Positions 60,057-64,000 of a stretch of 64,000 bases of DNA are shown in pieces. Under the pieces are notes generated by a model. The model had not been told where the DNA came from. It saw only the letters and a program-made list of their open reading frames with translations, and ran no database searches. Origin of the DNA: Candidatus Iainarchaeum sp. GTDB lineage: Archaea; Iainarchaeota; Iainarchaeia; Iainarchaeales; JAGVWC01. The stretch's first letter is position 1. Every line of letters begins with the position of its first letter. The stretch is from the NCBI GenBank assembly GCA_018304465.1, contig JAGVWC010000008.1, forward strand, positions 1-64,000. The letters run 5' to 3'. The position numbers were made by a program, and so were the translations under genes.

Positions 60057-61001
60057 ATGAAAGAAACAAAACCATTCAACGAACGAATCCAGCAAATGCT
60101 CGTGAAATACGAAAAAGTCATGCAAAAAAACGGAGTCTCCACCACCGCCACCAACTGGATCGCCTTGGCGTTTGGCAGCGCCATTATTCTCTCCGTGCTC
60201 GGATTCCTCGTTTTTTCCCTGGTCGGACTCGATCACCCGCTTTTGATCACTGTCGTTGTTTTTTTCGTGGTCATTGACCTCGTGCTCGGATACCCGCTTT
60301 CACTGGACATGCAGCGCATCAACCGGATCGAAGAAGCGTTTCCAAATGTCCTAAAACAACTCGGAGACACCCTCAAAGCCGGCGGAACCTACGAATTCGC
60401 CTTGCGCGAAGTATCCGACAGCGACTACGGCCCTCTCACCAAAGAACTCAAACTCGTTTTGCGTCGACTCGAAGAAGGACAAAACCTCGACAAAAGCCTT
60501 CAACTCATGCAAGAAGAAATCGATTCCCGACTCGTCAAACGAACATTAACCATTATTATCGACGCGCTCAAATCCGGCGGCGGACTCGCCGAAATACTCG
60601 ACGAAATCGCGGACGACATGCGCGACCTGCACCGCATTCAACTCGAACGCCGCACCAAAACCACCATGCAAGTCCTCTTCCTGGTCACCGCCGGCGCCAT
60701 TGTCGGACCCGCCATCATGGGATTCACCACCACCGTACTCGAATTCCTGATCACCACCGCCGTCAAAAGCCAAGCCATCCAACCCGACGTCATCGAACAA
60801 TCCCTTCAATCCAAACAAATCATCATTTTTCTTTTAACCAGCTACATCATCATTGAAGCCATCGCCGCCAGTATTCTACTCGGATTAATGCGCGACGGAC
60901 AAGCCAAGAAAAGCATTATATACATCCCAGTCTTACTATTCATGGGTTTGTTTTTGTTTTACGGAGCCCGCATCATCACCAAAGTGATACTGCACTTCTA
61001 A
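60057..61001 (+). CDS. pilus platform protein, single T2SS-F domain (TadC/FlaJ/EpdK-like)
   Basis: 314 aa, homologous in architecture to the preceding gene (…KSGGGLAEILDEIADDMRDL against ...KTGGNLSEVMSDIADDVSVE). Confidence 0.65.
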   Translation: MKETKPFNERIQQMLVKYEKVMQKNGVSTTATNWIALAFGSAIILSVLGFLVFSLVGLDHPLLITVVVFFVVIDLVLGYPLSLDMQRINRIEEAFPNVLKQLGDTLKAGGTYEFALREVSDSDYGPLTKELKLVLRRLEEGQNLDKSLQLMQEEIDSRLVKRTLTIIIDALKSGGGLAEILDEIADDMRDLHRIQLERRTKTTMQVLFLVTAGAIVGPAIMGFTTTVLEFLITTAVKSQAIQPDVIEQSLQSKQIIIFLLTSYIIIEAIAASILLGLMRDGQAKKSIIYIPVLLFMGLFLFYGARIITKVILHF

Positions 61002-61016
61002 AAAAAAAGGAAAAAA

Positions 61017-61175
61017 ATGAAACTACTCCAAGAAAAACGCGCCCAGAATTCCATGGAAACCCTCATCATGGTCGGCGGCGCGATCCTGGTTGCCGTTACG
61101 GTCGGACTCATTGTCAAGCAAGCCGCGAACCAACTCGGAAACGCCGGAAACCAACAAATCGGCAATACGCCGTAA
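61017..61175 (+). CDS. mini type IV pilin (52 aa), below ORF-track cutoff
   Basis: MKLLQEKRAQ/NSMETLIMVGGAILVAVTVGLIVKQAANQLGNAGNQQIGNTP, my translation, with a class III signal peptide. Confidence 0.6.
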   Translation: MKLLQEKRAQNSMETLIMVGGAILVAVTVGLIVKQAANQLGNAGNQQIGNTP

Positions 61176-61275
61176 ACACGCCTGTTTATCCAACCGCTTT
61201 TTTCCAAGAAAACTATTAAAAAGCCAGAAGGCTTACTGAATACAACAAAACATACATCCATGGAGGAAAAAACCT

Positions 61276-61626
61276 ATGTTTGCAAACAAAGGACAAGGCT
61301 CGCTAGAATACCTCCTTATTTTAGGAGGAGCCATTCTAGTCGCCGTCATCATCATCGCAGCCATCACCCTGTTGCCAAACAACAGCCCGGTGGAGCTCAA
61401 CGCATTGGCCGCAAACTGCCAAACATCACTCAACCAGAATTTGTGCCAAAGCACAGCAACCCCCGCATCATTGGTCGTTGCCGCAGTTGATGCCACACAC
61501 CCCGGATGCCCGCAAACAGGAACCGTAAACTCGGTAGCTGGCGCAGGAACCGCATGCTGCTGGACCGGATCAACCGCGGACCAGGGAACATGTAGACTCA
61601 ACCCCAACACAGCACAGAGACCATAA
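61276..61626 (+). CDS. type IV pilin (class III signal peptide)
   Basis: MFANKGQ/GSLEYLLILGGAILVAVIIIAAITLL then a Cys-containing C-terminal domain. Confidence 0.7.
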   Translation: MFANKGQGSLEYLLILGGAILVAVIIIAAITLLPNNSPVELNALAANCQTSLNQNLCQSTATPASLVVAAVDATHPGCPQTGTVNSVAGAGTACCWTGSTADQGTCRLNPNTAQRP

Positions 61627-61640
61627 ATCGGTGAAGTTGC

Positions 61641-61811
61641 ATGAACAAACGCGCACAGGTTTCAATGGAATATTTGACGATCGTGCTGTTTGGCTTGATG
61701 CTGGCGGTGGCCGCCGGAGTTCTTCTGGCGTCCGTCAGCACCGTTGCCAACACCGCGAAAGCCAAAGTGCTCACCTATCGCGAACAAGCCATCTCCAACC
61801 TGCTGCAATAA
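61641..61811 (+). CDS. mini type IV pilin (56 aa), below ORF-track cutoff
   Basis: MNKRAQ/VSMEYLTIVLFGLMLAVAAGVLLASVSTVANTAKAKVLTYREQAISNLLQ, my translation. The overlapping track ORF 61631..61825 is in another frame and is rejected. Confidence 0.6.
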   Translation: MNKRAQVSMEYLTIVLFGLMLAVAAGVLLASVSTVANTAKAKVLTYREQAISNLLQ

Positions 61812-61888
61812 AACCATTTTTTTAACCGGGTTCGAAAACGAACCCGACCCTTTTTTATTTTTCAAAGCCATTCATAATACGACTTCCC

Positions 61889-62983
61889 ATGACCGCTTTT
61901 GAAACCGCCGCTTTTCTTGTGACCTTTGCCGGACTCTTGATCGCCACGTACACCGACCTCAAACAACGCATCGTCGAAGACTACATTTCATACGGCATGA
62001 TCGGACTGGGACTCCTGATCCATTTGTGGGAAAGCCTTTCGCTTCACGATTGGTCTCCGTTTTACTACTCGCTTGGAATCGCCGCGGCCACGTTTTGCGG
62101 CGGATTCATTTTATGGCGACTGGGATTTTGGGCTGGCGGCGATGTCAAACTATTCACGGGAATCGCCGCGTTACTGCCGTTTCGACCCTTGTTTTTGACC
62201 GATCAAATCGGGCTTGCCGCAAACCCCGCGTTTCTGCCCATTTTTCCGCTCACGGTCCTCCTCTTTAGTTTGTTTGCCATGTTTCCCGTTGGAATCGCGC
62301 TTGCGGCCTACCGATTACACCAAAAACCAGCGGTGAAAAACAAAATCATCAAAGACCTCAAAGCCCAGATTCCCACCAACGCGTATTTTGCAGTGGCGGC
62401 CGCCGGACTCGTCGAAGCAAGCCAGGTGTATTTGAACAACTCGCTTTTTGCGATTGCAGGAATCCTCGTTTTTTTCGTGCTCCCCAAAAAAATCCGCCCT
62501 GTTGCCGCCGCCCTCGCGTTTGCAGCAGGAATCATCGCCAACACTCCCGAAGCGTTGGTGTCGGCCGCCACCACGTTTGTGGTGCTTGAAGCGCTGTCAC
62601 TCGTCTTTAAATTGTCTTTTTCCAAAGAAATTTTTCGAACCGAAAAACAGATCTCCAATCTGGCGGAGGGCGACATTGTCGCGACCACGATATACGAAAA
62701 AAACAACGAAATATTTGTGGAAAACAATCCCGACATCCAAACTATTATAAAGAACCTCAAAACACAAACTACTTCGAACGACCGGCGCATCATCTGCGCC
62801 AGTTACAATGCCGGAGGATTGGAAAACAACCAGATCCAAGAGCTTCAAATACTGGCAAAACAACAAAAAATCCCGTCCACGATCCTCGTCAAGGAATCCG
62901 CACCATTTGTTCCGGCCATTCTTGCGGGGTTCGTGCTGGCCAGCGTATTTGGAGAACTTCTGTGGAAAATCGTGATGCCATGA
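61889..62983 (+). CDS. prepilin peptidase (A24 family; FlaK/PibD/EppA-like) with an extra C-terminal soluble segment
   Basis: The first catalytic Asp lies in TDLKQRIVEDY and the second in the GGDVKLF motif. Multiple TM helices. About 120 aa of soluble C-terminal region before a final TM. Confidence 0.8.
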   Translation: MTAFETAAFLVTFAGLLIATYTDLKQRIVEDYISYGMIGLGLLIHLWESLSLHDWSPFYYSLGIAAATFCGGFILWRLGFWAGGDVKLFTGIAALLPFRPLFLTDQIGLAANPAFLPIFPLTVLLFSLFAMFPVGIALAAYRLHQKPAVKNKIIKDLKAQIPTNAYFAVAAAGLVEASQVYLNNSLFAIAGILVFFVLPKKIRPVAAALAFAAGIIANTPEALVSAATTFVVLEALSLVFKLSFSKEIFRTEKQISNLAEGDIVATTIYEKNNEIFVENNPDIQTIIKNLKTQTTSNDRRIICASYNAGGLENNQIQELQILAKQQKIPSTILVKESAPFVPAILAGFVLASVFGELLWKIVMP

Positions 62984-63435
62984 ACCAAAACGGACAACTC
63001 TCCATCGAATTCATGCTCATTCTCATCGTGTCCATCGTGTACATCAACACCGTTATTTTTCCGATGGTGGATTTCGGACAAACCACGTTAAACGAAATTT
63101 ATGGTCTGGGGCAAACCCGCATGGCCACCCAAAAAATCGTCAACACCATCAACTCGGTCGTGCTCCAAAGCTCCACTTCAAAGCAAATCATTTCCATGAC
63201 GCTTCCAAAAAACAGCCGGATTGAATGCGTCACCGCGCCCCAAAACGGAATCAAATTCACCTATACGCTTTCCGATATCGCCCAATCCTGCAGTGTCAGC
63301 ACGACGTGCACGCGAACCATTCCCGTTGAACTTCCACCCGGAGTCAGCCTCAACTGCGCGGGACTCGACTTTACCGGACCACGCCAAAACACGGTCACCA
63401 TCCGGTTCCAAGCCGACACGGTCCAGTTTTCGTGA
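62980..63435 (+). CDS. type IV pilin-like protein
   Basis: MNQNGQ/LSIEFMLILIVSIVYI. Confidence 0.6.
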   Translation: MNQNGQLSIEFMLILIVSIVYINTVIFPMVDFGQTTLNEIYGLGQTRMATQKIVNTINSVVLQSSTSKQIISMTLPKNSRIECVTAPQNGIKFTYTLSDIAQSCSVSTTCTRTIPVELPPGVSLNCAGLDFTGPRQNTVTIRFQADTVQFS

Positions 63436-63446
63436 AGGGAAAAGCC

Positions 63447-63806
63447 ATGAAAAACCACGGACAAACCAGCATCGAAATGCTGGTGATCGCCATGTTCGTA
63501 TTGGGATTAACCGCGTATTTTACGACGCTCACGTACTCCGACAACAACGACACCCACGCGTTGTTGGTCGCCAAAACCCGCTTGCTTGAAAAAATCAACG
63601 GCCAAGACAAAACCTTCGTGCTGGTCAATATCCAACTCGACCGAAGCGCACCCGGACAACTGATCATCAACGCGAGCACGGTTCCCGCCACCCTCAAAAA
63701 AACCGGTGCCGGAAACCCCGGAGACACCACCATTCCGGTGAACGACATCGAAACCGAAATCAAAATCCGAACCGGCGACACCATCGTCCAAATCAACCTT
63801 AACTGA
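63447..63806 (+). CDS. type IV pilin-like protein
   Basis: MKNHGQ/TSIEMLVIAMFVLGLTAYF. Confidence 0.6.
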   Translation: MKNHGQTSIEMLVIAMFVLGLTAYFTTLTYSDNNDTHALLVAKTRLLEKINGQDKTFVLVNIQLDRSAPGQLIINASTVPATLKKTGAGNPGDTTIPVNDIETEIKIRTGDTIVQINLN

Positions 63807-63862
63807 TTCGACCATCGACGGAAAAACCAGGCTTCAAAAAACACCCCCGTTCTTTTTCCTCT

Positions 63863-64000
63863 ATGCCCTGGCCCGAACCCCTCGTGATCACGTGCATTGG
63901 ATTTTCGGTTCTGGGAATTCTGTGCATTGCATTTCTGTTCCAACACCCGGATCCGCCCGTCACCGCCATCGAAAACCTATTCGAATTGGAAGCCAACACG
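63863..64000 (+). CDS. membrane protein, N-terminal fragment (continues beyond window)
   Basis: MPWPEPLVITCIGFSVLGILCIAFLF... is an open frame to the window end. Confidence 0.25.
   Translation, partial: MPWPEPLVITCIGFSVLGILCIAFLFQHPDPPVTAIENLFELEANT

Noticed and set aside
61631-61825. 64-aa track ORF
   Set aside because: Wrong frame. The class-III-signal mini-pilin 61641..61811 occupies the same DNA in a different frame and matches its two neighbours.
1-64000. CRISPR arrays, rRNA and tRNA genes
   Set aside because: No regularly spaced direct repeats and no tRNA-like cloverleaf or T-loop signatures found by eye. Long noncoding stretches (31764-32071, 56832-57212) look like AT-rich promoter/terminator spacers. 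A computational scan (tRNAscan-SE, Infernal) would be needed to be certain.

Overview
This window is a densely coding (~90%) chromosomal segment of an archaeon. The archaeal assignment rests on RNAP subunit L, exosome Csl4, Orc1/Cdc6, RFC large and small subunits (the small subunit interrupted by an intein), two-subunit archaeal PheRS, membrane-bound LonB, Cdc48, Nre, and many class-III (prepilin-type) signal peptides. Gene content and the load of secreted proteins suggest a small-genome DPANN-like lineage, but that is inference. I could not recognise any rRNA, tRNA or CRISPR array by eye.

Main content:
- Information processing: rpoL, csl4, rnz, pheS, pheT, thrS (bacterial-type), rfcL, rfcS, orc1/cdc6, topA (type IA), nfo, Nre, YchF GTPase, NSUN RNA m5C methyltransferase, a PIN nuclease.
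- Proteostasis: LonB, Cdc48, an M50 protease, SPFH.
- A complete Epd/Tad-like archaeal type IV pilus locus at 57.2-63.8 kb: ATPase, two separate TadB/TadC-like platform proteins, three tandem mini-pilins, an EppA-like prepilin peptidase and two more pilins. A second cluster of six pilin-like genes lies at 32.1-34.3 kb.
- Many secreted or surface proteins: a beta-helix adhesin-like protein, Cys-rich proteins, and a repeat-containing surface protein.

Most unusual observations:
1. A bacterial sigma-70 family (sigma-28/FliA-like) gene at 49949-50932. It sits in one operon with the intein-containing rfcS and a thioredoxin-fold gene.
2. A 547-aa lysine-rich protein at 26369-28012. It has a histone-H1-like tail, two tandem HMG-box-like half motifs (PKKQLNEYNLFMRRQL...LWK), a coiled coil and two C-terminal NAYFY repeats. 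It lies directly downstream of orc1/cdc6 and an Arg-rich methyltransferase-like gene on the same strand. I consider it a candidate novel chromatin or replication-associated module.
3. An uncharacterised basic gene wedged between pheS and pheT, with start and stop codons overlapping both neighbours.
4. A ~3.3 kb apparent insertion at 22675-25950 carrying an SSS transporter, a TrmB regulator and an orphan receiver protein. It truncates a GT-B glycosyltransferase gene.
5. Tandem paralogous small membrane-protein genes at 12.8-13.9 kb.

All functional calls rest on motif recognition by eye. No database searches were run.
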